NCBI GenBank assembly: GCA_963847445.1
Contig: CAWJZV010000030.1
Location: forward strand, 416,001-480,000
DNA length: 64,000 nt
Origin: an uncultured delta proteobacterium
Lineage (GTDB): Bacteria > Desulfobacterota > Binatia > UBA9968
Direction: 5' to 3'
The number at the start of each line of letters is the position of its first letter. Position 1 is the stretch's first letter. Under the pieces are notes generated by a model. It saw nothing but the letters and a program-made list of their open reading frames with translations. It had not been told where the DNA came from and searched no databases. Below are positions 52,393 to 63,484 of the stretch, one piece after another. Both the position numbers and the translations under genes were made by a program.

Positions 52393-52553
52393 TATGTCCT
52401 CCTAATATAAATTCGAAACCGAAGCTCTAACTTGGCCGAAACCAACTTGCCGACGACCTTAGCTAAATTCTCCCGTCGATTCAAGACAGCGCTGTCACAC
52501 GGCCGCGGCAAAATTTAATTGAAAACAACGACTTATCATGTTACCCCAAGACT

Positions 52554-53034
52554 GTGCCGGAAAAATTAAAAAGCTTGGAAGAATTGGCGGCAATCGCCGC
52601 GGCGGCGCGCGCCAAAGGTCAAACGGTGGTTTTCACCAACGGCTGTTTCGATCTGTTGCACCGCGGCCATGTGCACACGCTGCGCCAAGCCAAAGCCGCC
52701 GGCGATTTGCTGATCGTCGCGCGTCAACAGCGATCGATCGGTGAAATCGATCAAGACGCCGCAACGGCCGATTTTACCGGAAACCGACCGACTTGAGTTG
52801 ATCGCTGCCATGGAGATGGTAGACTACGTCATTCTTTTTGACGAACCCGATCCGTACCAGCTGATCGCGGCGATCAAGCCGCAAGTGTTGGCCAAAGGCG
52901 GCGACTGGAGCAGCGATAAGATTATCGGCGCCGATATCGTCGAAGCGGCCGGCGGCCGGGTCGCGCTGATACCGTACTTAAAAGGATTTTCGACAACGGA
53001 AATAATTGAAAGGATAAGAAACTTAGATGGCTAG
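52554..53034 (+). CDS. rfaE2: D-glycero-beta-D-manno-heptose 1-phosphate adenylyltransferase (HldE domain II; frameshifted)
   Basis: [31 protein letters not shown]. Confidence 0.92.
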
Positions 53035-53218
53035 AGTTTGTAAAATTTGCGGCAAAGGCCGTTCGGTCGGAATGAACGTCAGCCATGCCAACAACAAGAC
53101 CAAACGTTCGTGGCGGGCAAACCTAAAAACTGTTCGGGGCAAGTTCGGCGACCAAGTCAAACGGTTGCTGGTGTGCACCGATTGCATCCATTCGGGACGC
53201 GTGCAGAAGGTCGCCTAG
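53027..53218 (+). CDS. rpmB: 50S ribosomal protein L28
   Basis: [10 protein letters not shown]...[11 protein letters not shown]...ANL...CTDC. Confidence 0.95.
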   Translation: MARVCKICGKGRSVGMNVSHANNKTKRSWRANLKTVRGKFGDQVKRLLVCTDCIHSGRVQKVA

Positions 53219-53230
53219 ACGACTCGGCCT

Positions 53231-55452
53231 TCAGTGCAACTCCTCCTTGACCGTTGCCATCGGAATCGAGATTACTGCCGGCGCGGCCACGGCCGCGCAC
53301 CGCTTTGTAAACTCCTTTTACTTTTGAGATGTTCTGGAGCACCTCTTTCAGGTGCTCCGAACTCTTGATCATCACCTCGAACGTGTTGACCGCCCGCTGA
53401 CTGGTGAAGGTCCGAACCTGCGCGCGGGCGATATTGGCATCGGCGCTGGTGATCGCCGAGCTGATCGCCGCCAGCAACCCCGGTTGATCGACGCAGGTCA
53501 CTTCGATCTTGACCGGCCGCGGCGGCTGGCCGTTTTCCTCCCAGGCGACTTCGATCTTGCGATGGGGATCGCTCTCCAACACGGTCGTGCAACCGACGGT
53601 ATGAATCGTCACACCCCGACCGCGGGTGATAAATCCAACGATATGTTCGCCGGGCAACGGATGACAACAAAGCGCGAAGCGCACCAATACATCGTCGACG
53701 CCTTTGACGCGAATCCCCAGACTGCGCTTTTGCTTGGATACCAGCTTGAACAACGACTCGAGCGCGCCGTCGGCCTTTTTGTGCGCCGCTGTCGAGTTTA
53801 TCCGGCGGCACGAGTTTGACGATCGCATGGCGCGTGGTGATCCGGCCATAACCGATGGCCGACAGCAAGGCTTCTTCATCCTTCAAGCCGAGCTCATGGC
53901 TCAACCAATCGATCTTGCCTTCCTGCTTGAGCTGCGCATAATCCAACTGATAGCGATGCAGGTCGCTCTCGAAGATCTCGCGGCCCAGCACCACGCTGCG
54001 TTCGTACTGCTGGGTCTTTAGCCAGTTGCGGATTTTCGATTTTCGCCCGCGGCGTCTTGACCCATTTGAGCCAATCGCGGCTCGGCACCTGCTGCGGCGT
54101 CGTGATGATTTCCACCGTGTCGCCGCTGCGCAGTATATATTTGAGCGACACCAGTTGGCCGTTGACGCGCGCACCGGAGCAGCGGTTGCCGACCTCCGTA
54201 TGAATCCGGTAGGCAAAATCGATCACCGTGGAGCCGCGCAGAAAGTGCAACAAGATCGCCCTTGGGCGTGAACACATACATGCCGGCGGCAAACAGATCT
54301 TCCTTGAGGCTGTGGAGAAATTCCTGCGGATCTTGCAGATTCTCCTGCCACTCGAGCAATTGGCGCAGCCATGAGAAGCGTTGAATATCGCTCACCTGAA
54401 AGGCCTCGCCTTCTTTGTAACGCCAGTGCGCCGCGATGCCCTCTTCGGCGACCCGATGCATCTCGTGGGAGCGGATTTGGATCTCGATGCGCTCGCCGTA
54501 GGGACCGATCACCGTGGTGTGGAGCGACTGATACATGTTGGGCTTGGGCAGCGCGATGTAATCCTTGAAGCGCGTCGGCACCGGTTTCCACTGCGCGTGC
54601 ACGACCCCCAGGGTTTCATAACATTCCCGCGGCGTGTCGACCAAGATACGAAAAGCCACCAGATCGTAAATCTGATCGTAAAGCAGATTCTGGCTCTCCA
54701 TCTTTTGATAGATGCTGTAAGAAATGCTTGGACCGTCCGGTCACTTCGGCGTCGATCCCCTCGGCTTCCAGTTTCTTGCTGATGATCGAGATCACTTCTT
54801 CGATATACTTTTCACGGTCGCTTTTTTTCTTGGCGACATTGCGTTTGAGCTGATAGTAGACTTCCGGGATGAAGATACTTGAGCGACAGGTCTTCCAGCT
54901 CGCTTTTCACCCAGGCGATGCCCAAGCGGTGCGACAGCGGCGCGTAAATATCCATGGTCTCCTGCGCCGTGAGAATTTGTTTGTCGGGCGGCATATGATC
55001 GAGCGTGCGCATGTTGTGCACGCGGTCGGCGAGCTTGATGAGAATCACCCGCACATCCTTGCCCATCGCCAGAATCATCTTGCGAAAATTTTCCGCCTGC
55101 TTCTCCTCATGGCTGGTAAAGTTGGTGCGGCTCAACTTGGTGACGCCGTCGACCAAGCGCGGCGATCTCGCGGCCGAACAAACTCTTGATCTCATCCAAA
55201 GTCGTCAGATGTGTCTTCGACCGTATCGTGGAGCAAAGCTCCGACGATGCTCGGCACGTCGAGCTTCAGATCGGCAATGATATCGGCAACCGCTATGGGG
55301 TGGATCAGATAAGGTTCACCGGACAAACGCTTTTGCCCGGTGTGGACCTTGGCGGAAAAATCGTGGGCTTTGCGGATGAGATCGACATCCGCGGCGGGGA
55401 AATAAGCCTGGACCTTTTCAACGAGGTCGTGAAGTTTGGTTTCTTTGCTCAT
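53231..55452 (-). CDS. rel: Bifunctional (p)ppGpp synthetase/hydrolase, RelA/SpoT (several frameshifts)
   Basis: [41 protein letters not shown] domain (DFAYRIHT), CCHPLPG and an ACT domain. Probable stop at 53231. Confidence 0.93.
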
Positions 55453-56108
55453 GGCTGCTCTGGCCGCGCTTGGCGCGCAGCGGTTCGATGCGCCACTCGG
55501 TTACCCTGGAGACCCTGGATCGTTCGGCTTCGACGATCCCGCTGAGCACGCGCACCGCCTGCTCGACGTCGTGATTGACGACAAAGTAATCATAATGGAT
55601 TATCTGGCGCGATTTCACCCCGGGCGTTGGCCAGACGGCGCAGGATCACTTGGCGGTCGTCGGTGCCGCGCAAGGACAAACGGCGCTCCAATTCCGCCAT
55701 GGACGGCGGCAGGACAAACACCGCAACCGCCGCGGGTAGGCGATTTTGATCTTCTGCGCCCCTTGGACATCGATATCGAGCAGAATGTCGCGCCCCGCCA
55801 TGACCGCGCGATCGATGCGGCTTTCGCGGCGTGCCGTAGTAGATAGTCGTGCACCTGCGCCCATTCGGCAAATTCACCGCGCTGTTTCAAGAGCCTCGAA
55901 TTGTGCCATCGCTGAGAAAACGATAATCTCGGCCGGCCACCTCGCCGCGCCGCCGCGCCCGCGTGGTACAGGAAACCGAAAGCTGGATATCGGGATAGAT
56001 TTTCCGCAGGCCGTTATACAGCGTCGTCTTCCCAGCTCCCGGACGGCGCCGAAAGAATAAAGATCAATGCCTTGCCGTTTGGCCAGTTGGAGGTGCGCGC
56101 TGTTTCAT
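55418..56108 (-). CDS. gmk: Guanylate kinase (several frameshifts)
   Basis: SAPSG..GKTTL, FAEWAQVH, YYGTP, LLDIDVQGA, FVLPPS, YDYFVVN. Confidence 0.9.
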
Positions 56109-56970
56109 TCGATGTTCTGGGTTTGCTCGCGAATCTTCTCGACCCGTTCCTTGCCTTGAAGCACCAACTGGGTCACCGGCAAGTAGGGCGACTTTGGAGC
56201 TAATGGTGTTGAGTTCGCGATTGACTTCCTGGAGCATGAAGTCGACTTTTTTGCCCACCGGTTCCCGTTCGCGCACGACTTTGGCCAACGCCACGACATG
56301 GGTCTTCAAGCGCACCAGCTCCTCGTTGATGTCGCCTTTCGCGATGGCGGTGGAAACATCCGGATTATTTCGCTCCGGCCTCTCGCCGTTCGGTCCATCC
56401 GCACCGGCGCCCTTTTGCTGGCGTGCTGCCGTTCTCGGCCGCGCGCGCTTCCAGCGCCGCGGCGATTTCCCGCAGGTGACCGATCTGCGACTCCATATCG
56501 GTGCGCAGATGCGTCCCCTCGCGCTCGCGCGACTGTTCGAGCTTCTTGAGCGCGCCCGTTGAGCGCCTTGAGCACCGCCTGGCGTTCGCTCTTGCTGTCG
56601 ATCTCGACCTCGCGCACATGAAAGACATCGGGAATGTTGGAAACCAGCGCGACATCGACTTCGCCGCCGAGTTTGTATTTCTTCTTGAGCTGCGCGACCC
56701 CGGAAAGAAATTGACCGATCAAAGCCTCGTCCATCTCGAGTTTGCGCGCTTGCCCTTTGGCCGACATAGCGGTTGACGAACAGATCGATGCGGCCGCGGG
56801 AGATCTTTTCGCGCAGGAGCTTGCGGATTTCCTCCTCGAAGGACATATACTCGCGCGGCGTGCGCACTTGCAGGTCGAGATGACGGTGATTCACGCTGCG
56901 AATTTGCACGGTGATCCGTGGCGCCGTGAATATTCTGCGACGCCTCGCCATATCCGGTCATACTTTTCAT
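56105..56970 (-). CDS. yicC: YicC/YloC-family endoribonuclease (frameshifted)
   Basis: MKSMTGYG, RSVNHRHLD, DINEELVRL, GKKVDFMLQEVNRELNTISSK, EKIREQTQNIE. Confidence 0.9.
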
Positions 56971-57953
56971 GGTGAGTTCCTCAATTTTCAATTTCAGCTT
57001 GTTGAAAGGCACCGCCACCGTGCCGATTTCGTCACCGACAAATCCCGCCGCCACATTGGCGATCACCGCGGCAGCCTCAAAATCGCCGCCGCAGGCCAGC
57101 ACCAGAGCGCACACCGCCACCACGGTATCGCCGGCGCCGGTCACCTCGAAAACATCGCGCGGTTCGGTGGGAAAATGTCTCGGCTTGCAGCGCGGCCGAA
57201 ACAAACTCATGCCGTCCGCGCCGCGGGTAATCAGCACGCCCTGGGCGCGCCATTGGCGCAGTAATTTCGCCCCGGCGGCGAGCAGCGTCTTGTCATCGCG
57301 AATGTCGATTGCCGGCCGCATCCGCCGCTTCGCTTTTATTGGGCGTGATCAGCGTCGGGGAACGATAACGGGCGAAATTTTCTTTTTTGGGATCGACCAC
57401 ACAGATGAATTTTCCGTTTGCCAACCCGAGCGGCAAGCGCCGACAACAGTTCAGCGTGCACGGCTCCCTTGCCGTAGTCCGAGATCACCACGCCGTCGCA
57501 ACGCTCGGCGCGGTCGAGAATAAACTCGCGCAGCCGTTTCAAGGTCGCACAGTGAATCGGCTCGCGGCTCTCGCGATCCAGCCGAACAATCTGTTGATGA
57601 TGCGGGCTGGCGATGATCCGGCTCTTTTGAATGGTTTGAAACTTGCGATCGGTGAAAACTCCGGCCGTCGAAGCACCGACGCGGCGCAGGATGCCGAGAA
57701 TGCGCTTGCCGGCGTCGTCGTTGCCGATGACGCCGCACGCGGTCACCCGTCCGCCCAATGCTCGTATATTATGAATAACGTTCGCGGCACCGCCGAGACG
57801 GCGATCCTCAGACACCACCCGCAACACCGGCACCGGCGCTTCCGGCGACAACCGCTCGACATCGCCCATGACAAAACGGTCGAGCATCAGATCGCCCACC
57901 ACCAAAAGATGCGCGTCTTTGAATCTTCCGAGGATCTCGAGGAGGTTGTTCAT
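56967..57953 (-). CDS. rfaE1: D-glycero-beta-D-manno-heptose-7-phosphate kinase (HldE domain I; frameshifted)
   Basis: VGDLMLDRF, RLSPEAPVPV, GGAANV, ISDYGKG, EVTGAGDTV. Confidence 0.92.
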
Positions 57954-57974
57954 CGATGCAAAATGCAATTGCCG

Positions 57975-59078
57975 CTAATTTCCGGTCCCTAGAAGTTCGT
58001 AATAATAAGCTTCGTTCTGCGCCGCCATCTGCGTCAGCGTAAAGTGATCGAACACCCGCTGCCGCCCTTGCAATCCCATTTGGCGAGCCATGGGCGGATC
58101 GTTGACCAGTTGGGCAACCGCATCGGCGATCGCCCTGCCGTCGCGCGGCGCAACCAACAAGCCGGTTTGCCCGTCAAGAATCGATTCCGCCAAACCGCCG
58201 ACTCGGCTGGCCACTACCGGTTTGCCGGCCGCCATCGCTTCCAGTGCCGCCACCCCCAAACCCTCGAACAAAGAGGGCATGACGAATATATCGATACGCG
58301 CGAAGAAACTCCTCGGGCTTGGCAACGAAGCCCAAGAAATTTCACCGAATCGTCGAGCCCAAGCGCGCGCGCTTTGTTTTCCAAGCGTTGCGTCGAGATC
58401 CGTCGCCGCCGATCAGCCACTTCAAGCCGCACTCCTTGAGATTGCAGATGCGCCGGCCGCTTCGAGCAGAAACTCGATCCCCTTGCGCTCTTCCAGGACA
58501 GCGAGACACCCCAAAGTCACAACCCGTCGTGGCATGTCTCGCGGTCATGCCACGGCGGCAAACCGGCTGGGATCGATGCCGCTATGAATCAGCCGAATCT
58601 TGCGCCGCTCCACCCCAGCATCGACCAAGCAGCTCGACGAATGGTTTGCGAGATCGCGACCACGCCGTCGACACGGCGATTATAAAGGCAGCGGGTGTAC
58701 CAATTTTTTCTCTCAGCGTAATCCATCCGGCGCGTGACGATGTACTGTCGGGCGCCGGCCGCCGCGCGGCTAACCACAAGGAAAGCGCGTGGGCTCTTTT
58801 GGTGTGCAGATGAACGATGTCGTACTCGCCGTCATCGATCTGCCGCCGCAGCCTCGGGATCGCCCGTAGATCCAAATCGTTGCGAACAACCAATGGGCAA
58901 TCTGGCCGACCGTTAACTTGCCAGCTTCAGCGAACAATCGGCCTTCTGGATGAGTCAAGAGATCGTTACGATGCCCCTGCGCCGCTAGGTAGGATAGCAA
59001 GACCGAAGACTTGAGCCTCTCCGCCACCCCAGTTTCGTTCCGGATCGACGTGCAGAATCTTCAGCAGCTTGCGGCCAT
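57975..59078 (-). CDS. Glycosyltransferase family 4 (heavily frameshifted)
   Basis: KILHVDPERNWGGGE, EERKG, FVMPSLFEGLGVAALEAMAAGKPVVAS. Confidence 0.85.
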
Positions 59079-59855
59079 CACTGCCGCCGCTCGTCGTCAC
59101 GTTTCTCCTTCGATTTCAAGTTCCCATAATTTAGCATACTTCAAAAATACGTAAACCGCCGCCGTCAACGCCACATAGAAATCCGGCGAACCCTTCCATG
59201 AAACCACGCTTGAGAATGTACGAGCGAAAAAACCGCACCGCCGGCCGCAGCAAAGCATCGCTCAAGCCGCCACCGGCCGCCGGACTTTCTCAGCTCGGCC
59301 GACGAAATCGAGGTAAAACGATTGATTCTGTTGAATATGGTCATCGATGCTTCGATAGGAGAAGTGATGCAGCGGCTGTTGCAGCCGGCGCACCTTGCCA
59401 TCGACGATGATTTTCTCATGGGGATCGACGCCACCCCAGGTCGCGCGGTCGCGCCGGAACAAGCGCACGTCATAATCCGGATACCAGCCGCCGCGCCACC
59501 ACCAGCGGTCAAGATAGCGCACTAAGCGCGGAATCGCGTAACCTGTGTAATCGCCATTATCCTGGATCAAGCTCTCGGCGATCTCCTTTTGCAGTTCGTC
59601 GGTCACCCGCTCATCGGAGTCAACCAATAACACCCAATCCATGGTCGCCAAGGAATGGGCGTAGGCCTTTTGATCTCTGTAGCCGGCCCATGCACGCTGG
59701 ACAAATCGTTGGGTGTAACGCTGACAAATCTCCGGCGTACGATCGCTACTGAAGGCATCGACAACGACGATCTCATCGCACCAAACGAGACTCTTTAGAC
59801 AATCCTCGATGCGTTCTTCTTCGTTAAAACAAACCACAATTGCCGAAATGGTCAT
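59078..59855 (-). CDS. Glycosyltransferase family 2 (LPS core beta-1,4-glucosyltransferase WaaE/KdtX-like)
   Basis: ISAIVVCFNEE, SSDRT, WVLLVDSDERV, WYPDYDVRLFR, HE. Frameshifted near the 3' end. Confidence 0.88.
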
Positions 59856-59929
59856 GCGACTAATGCTTGCCTCAAACTCTCTTCATTATGATTGGCGAGT
59901 TTGCTATAAGTGGCGCAGGAGTTATCGCC

Positions 59930-60673
59930 GTGAAAAACTTGGAGAGTGTTTACCAACTGCCCGGCATGCTGACGACGCATGAGGTCGATTGCCTGTATCG
60001 ATTAGGGCAATTCAACGAGCAAAAAGGTGTCATCGTCGAAATCGGCAGCTGGAAAGGCAAGTCCACCGTTGCCCTCGCGCTCGGCGCCGCAAAAGTCAAC
60101 GCAGAAAAGATTTACGCGATCGATCCCCATCGGATTATGCCGGAAGAAGGCTATCTGGAAGACACGGAAGCGGATTTTCTGGCGAACATCAAACAGGCCG
60201 GGGTCGCGAATCAGATTGTCCCATTGGTCATGACCTCGGAAGCGGCGGCGCAACATTGGGATAAGCCGATTCGCCTACTCTGGATCGACGGCGACCATCG
60301 CTACGAACCGACCAAGCTCGACTTTTCATTATGGGAGCCGCATTTAGTCGAAGGCGGTATTTTGGCGATGCACGATACGATTAGAAAAAATGGACCTAAG
60401 CGCGTGCTTTGGGAAAATGTTTTCCGGTCGGAGCGTTTCCAAGAAATTACCATCGTCGACAACATCACGGCGGTGAGAAAGGTGAAAAAAGCGTCCTTCG
60501 AAGCCAAATGTCTCAAAGCGCTAACCCTTTCAACACGGGCGGCCTATATCGCCGCACGCAAAATCGGCGTTCCCAAATCCAAAGAGATCGGCAGGACGCT
60601 TCTGAGCAGAGTCACGGCTCAAACCTGGACGCGACTGCTGGTTTTGGTTTTCTCAGCGAGCATCGCGCGGTAA
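59930..60673 (+). CDS. Class I SAM-dependent methyltransferase (Methyltransf_24-like)
   Basis: VEIGSWKGKST, YAIDPH, LLWIDGDH, GGILAMHD. AGGAG RBS before the GTG at 59930. Confidence 0.85.
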   Translation: MKNLESVYQLPGMLTTHEVDCLYRLGQFNEQKGVIVEIGSWKGKSTVALALGAAKVNAEKIYAIDPHRIMPEEGYLEDTEADFLANIKQAGVANQIVPLVMTSEAAAQHWDKPIRLLWIDGDHRYEPTKLDFSLWEPHLVEGGILAMHDTIRKNGPKRVLWENVFRSERFQEITIVDNITAVRKVKKASFEAKCLKALTLSTRAAYIAARKIGVPKSKEIGRTLLSRVTAQTWTRLLVLVFSASIAR

Positions 60674-61524
60674 TGAAAATAGCGTCCCTTGGCGCGATAT
60701 TTTTGTCGGATGTCACCCATCATTGAATACCACGCCAATGTCCACATGGAACGCAGCAAGTTCGGGACGATGGATGTTAACGACTGCTTTTTATAAATGA
60801 GCCGACTCCGCCCTTGCTGTTCGTGGCGATCGCGAAAAAATTCCTCCGTCAACCTGCTCCAGTCAACGATGTGATAGACCGCGGCACGGTGCTCGTAACC
60901 GATCCGCCCTCCGGCTTTGAGGACGCGTTTGGCGAATTCGACGTCCTCGGATATGCCGGATCTACCAGGACCCAGTTCCTCATTGAATGCACCGATTTTT
61001 GAAAACATTTCCCGGCGCACCGCCATATTGGCGCCGGTGAGAGTTTTAATCTCCCTGAGGCCCAATGGATATTTAACAAAATTTATGGTTCTGAACTTCC
61101 TCTGAGCACGAATGAAATTTTCATCATGTTCGATTTCCGGCGGCACAAGGATCGGCCCCTGCATGACATCGAAGGTTTCGTGCTTGAAGAAATATGCCGC
61201 CACCTTCAGCCAGTCGGGAGTGACGACGACATCATCGTCGAAGAAAGCGATAATCTCGCCTCGCGCCACTTTGATCGCCGCATTTTGCGCCCGACATTTG
61301 CCTGGGAGAGGTTCTTCAACCATGCGAAATTCGGCGCGTCCGGAGCCGCGGAAACCGTCGACGACCTGCTCGATCTTTTTCGAGATTTCAACGTTTCGGG
61401 AATTATTCACCACGATCACTTCGTGCTCGACGCCTGAGCCATCAAAATGTTCACGAATAGAGCTCAGCAAACCGCGCAGCAACTCCCACCGGTCATAGGT
61501 TGCGATGACAATGCTAAATTCCAT
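60619..61524 (-). CDS. Glycosyltransferase family 2
   Basis: SIVIATYDR, AFFDDD, GANMAVRR, SEDVE. Confidence 0.88.
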   Translation of the reverse strand: MEFSIVIATYDRWELLRGLLSSIREHFDGSGVEHEVIVVNNSRNVEISKKIEQVVDGFRGSGRAEFRMVEEPLPGKCRAQNAAIKVARGEIIAFFDDDVVVTPDWLKVAAYFFKHETFDVMQGPILVPPEIEHDENFIRAQRKFRTINFVKYPLGLREIKTLTGANMAVRREMFSKIGAFNEELGPGRSGISEDVEFAKRVLKAGGRIGYEHRAAVYHIVDWSRLTEEFFRDRHEQQGRSRLIYKKQSLTSIVPNLLRSMWTLAWYSMMGDIRQKYRAKGRYFHYRAMLAEKTKTSSRVQV

Positions 61525-61531
61525 AATCCTG

Positions 61532-62434
61532 CTAGTTTTCAGCAACCCATCGTAGACGATAGAATCGATATTTTAGCGACCATGGACAGAGCCGCGAGGC
61601 TTCGACTATGGCGGCTTGGGCTTCTACTTGCCGGTCTTTCTTCCAAAGACCCTTGGCCAGGCGGTAATAACGGTAAGCCAGGCGGGACGCCACGCGTTGC
61701 TGGCCCAAAGTTATTTCGGCTTGCGGGTTTTCTGCAAGGAGTTTTCTAATGACGCTAATATTCTCCGTCAACCTCCGCTCCTGATCGCCACTCGTGTTAC
61801 CGGAATGCTTTCGGTAATAAAACACCACCTCGTCGATGTAGGCGATCGGATAGCGCCGGAAGATTCTAAACGACAAGTCCAAGTCCATTGATATTCTAAG
61901 GGTTTCGTCATGCCCCCCCAATTCGTCGTAACAGGCTTTCGATATCAATGAGGCCTGCAGTCGCACGAGACTCTTATCGAACAAATCCGCGAGACCTACG
62001 CCCTGATTGGCTAAGCGCCGGGATTTCTCGGCCGGGATGATAGTCTCGCGATTATGCGAGGGTCCGCCAAGATAGGCGCCATTGGCAAAGACCATGCCGC
62101 ATTCTGGATGGCTCTCGACATAACGATACAGAGTGGCCAAGTGATTCGGCGCGCACAGGTCGTCCGAGTCTTGAATCGAGATCCATTCGCCCCGAGCCAG
62201 CTTGACCCCGGCATTGCGAGCCGCAGATGGACCAGAATTGTCTTGATGTAAATAGCGGATACGCTCTCGATAGGGCTCGAGACGTTTCTCCGTGTCATCC
62301 GTCGATCCGTCATTTACAATGATAAGTTCAAAATCCTGAAATTGCTGTTGCAGAACGCTATCGATGGTCGCAGGCAATAATTCCGCGCGATTGTAAGTCG
62401 CGATGATCATCGAAACTTTAGGCGACGGTAGCAT
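61532..62434 (-). CDS. Glycosyltransferase family 2
   Basis: VSMIIATYNR, VNDGSTD, GPSAARNAG, QDSDD. Confidence 0.9.
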   Translation of the reverse strand: MLPSPKVSMIIATYNRAELLPATIDSVLQQQFQDFELIIVNDGSTDDTEKRLEPYRERIRYLHQDNSGPSAARNAGVKLARGEWISIQDSDDLCAPNHLATLYRYVESHPECGMVFANGAYLGGPSHNRETIIPAEKSRRLANQGVGLADLFDKSLVRLQASLISKACYDELGGHDETLRISMDLDLSFRIFRRYPIAYIDEVVFYYRKHSGNTSGDQERRLTENISVIRKLLAENPQAEITLGQQRVASRLAYRYYRLAKGLWKKDRQVEAQAAIVEASRLCPWSLKYRFYRLRWVAEN

Positions 62435-62445
62435 GCGATTGATGC

Positions 62446-63357
62446 TTAAACCTGGCTATGACGATCCAGGTCTCTGACGCCGCGCAGTTTGCCCATCAAA
62501 TAGCCACAACATTTCATGATCCGACCTTCGGTTTTATATGCCTTCTGAGATTTTCCGGCGATGCGATACAAACCGTAGCGCAAAGAATTAGCCAGCAAAT
62601 TCGGCATCACCCGGAAAGCTATCGAATCGTGCCGATAAATACTTCGGCTCAATCCCTTTCGATATTCGACCATTCTATTGTAGGCCCGACCATAGCGGTT
62701 GGGATTGAGTTCATGGTAAACGATAGCGCCCGGCGTATAACCAATCTTAAATCCGGCATTGCGTATACGGATGGAATACTCGGTGTCCTCACTAAACCCA
62801 GCCGCACCGGGTCCAAGCCGAGAATCGAAAAATCCCACCTTATCGAAGACCTGCCGAGTAAAGGACATATTTGTGCCGGTTAAACCCCGGATTTCGTGAA
62901 TATTTTCTCCATAATCAATGTAAGGGATATTGTACTCACGCAACCTTGAGCGGTCAGCATGATTCCCGTCCGCATCTACCCCGGGTAGAATTCGGCCCTG
63001 AATCGCGTCAAAGCCCTTACCGTCATACGCTTCCAAATGCTTGACCAGCAGTTGAGAATCCACGACAACATCATCATCGACGATCAACACGATGTCGCCT
63101 TTGGCTGATGCGAGACCGCGATTCAGCGCACTGGCTTTACCCTTACGCGTTTCGGTTAGCGCGTGAAACGGTACGTCGCGACCGGCTTGAGCATGCTCGG
63201 CAAGCACCCTCGAGGTGTCATCCACAGAGCCATTATCCACAGCGATCACTTCGGCGTTGCACGCGGCGGGCATCACCAACGCGTCGACGCTCTTCAACAA
63301 CCGCTGAAGACTTCCGCTACGGTTACAGGTGGGGATAATAATGCTGAAGATCAACAC
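62446..63357 (-). CDS. Glycosyltransferase family 2
   Basis: SIIIPTCNR, VDNGSVD, VDDDV, GTNMSF, SEDTE. Confidence 0.9.
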   Translation of the reverse strand: MLIFSIIIPTCNRSGSLQRLLKSVDALVMPAACNAEVIAVDNGSVDDTSRVLAEHAQAGRDVPFHALTETRKGKASALNRGLASAKGDIVLIVDDDVVVDSQLLVKHLEAYDGKGFDAIQGRILPGVDADGNHADRSRLREYNIPYIDYGENIHEIRGLTGTNMSFTRQVFDKVGFFDSRLGPGAAGFSEDTEYSIRIRNAGFKIGYTPGAIVYHELNPNRYGRAYNRMVEYRKGLSRSIYRHDSIAFRVMPNLLANSLRYGLYRIAGKSQKAYKTEGRIMKCCGYLMGKLRGVRDLDRHSQV

Positions 63358-63484
63358 ACTCTAGTTTCAATAACTCAGTACGGCCGGGAAATTCAGGCTA
63401 TTGGGAAAGCACGGCATGGTGCCCCAAGGCCAAGCTCTCCTACCCTCACAATCCCTTAACGGCAACGAAGTATGAACATTGGAT

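Noticed and set aside
56719-57321. In-frame rfaE1-yicC fusion (KIEELTMKSMTGYG)
   Set aside because: An ATGA start/stop overlap at 56967-56970 restores two normal genes with one indel, and the region is error-rich.
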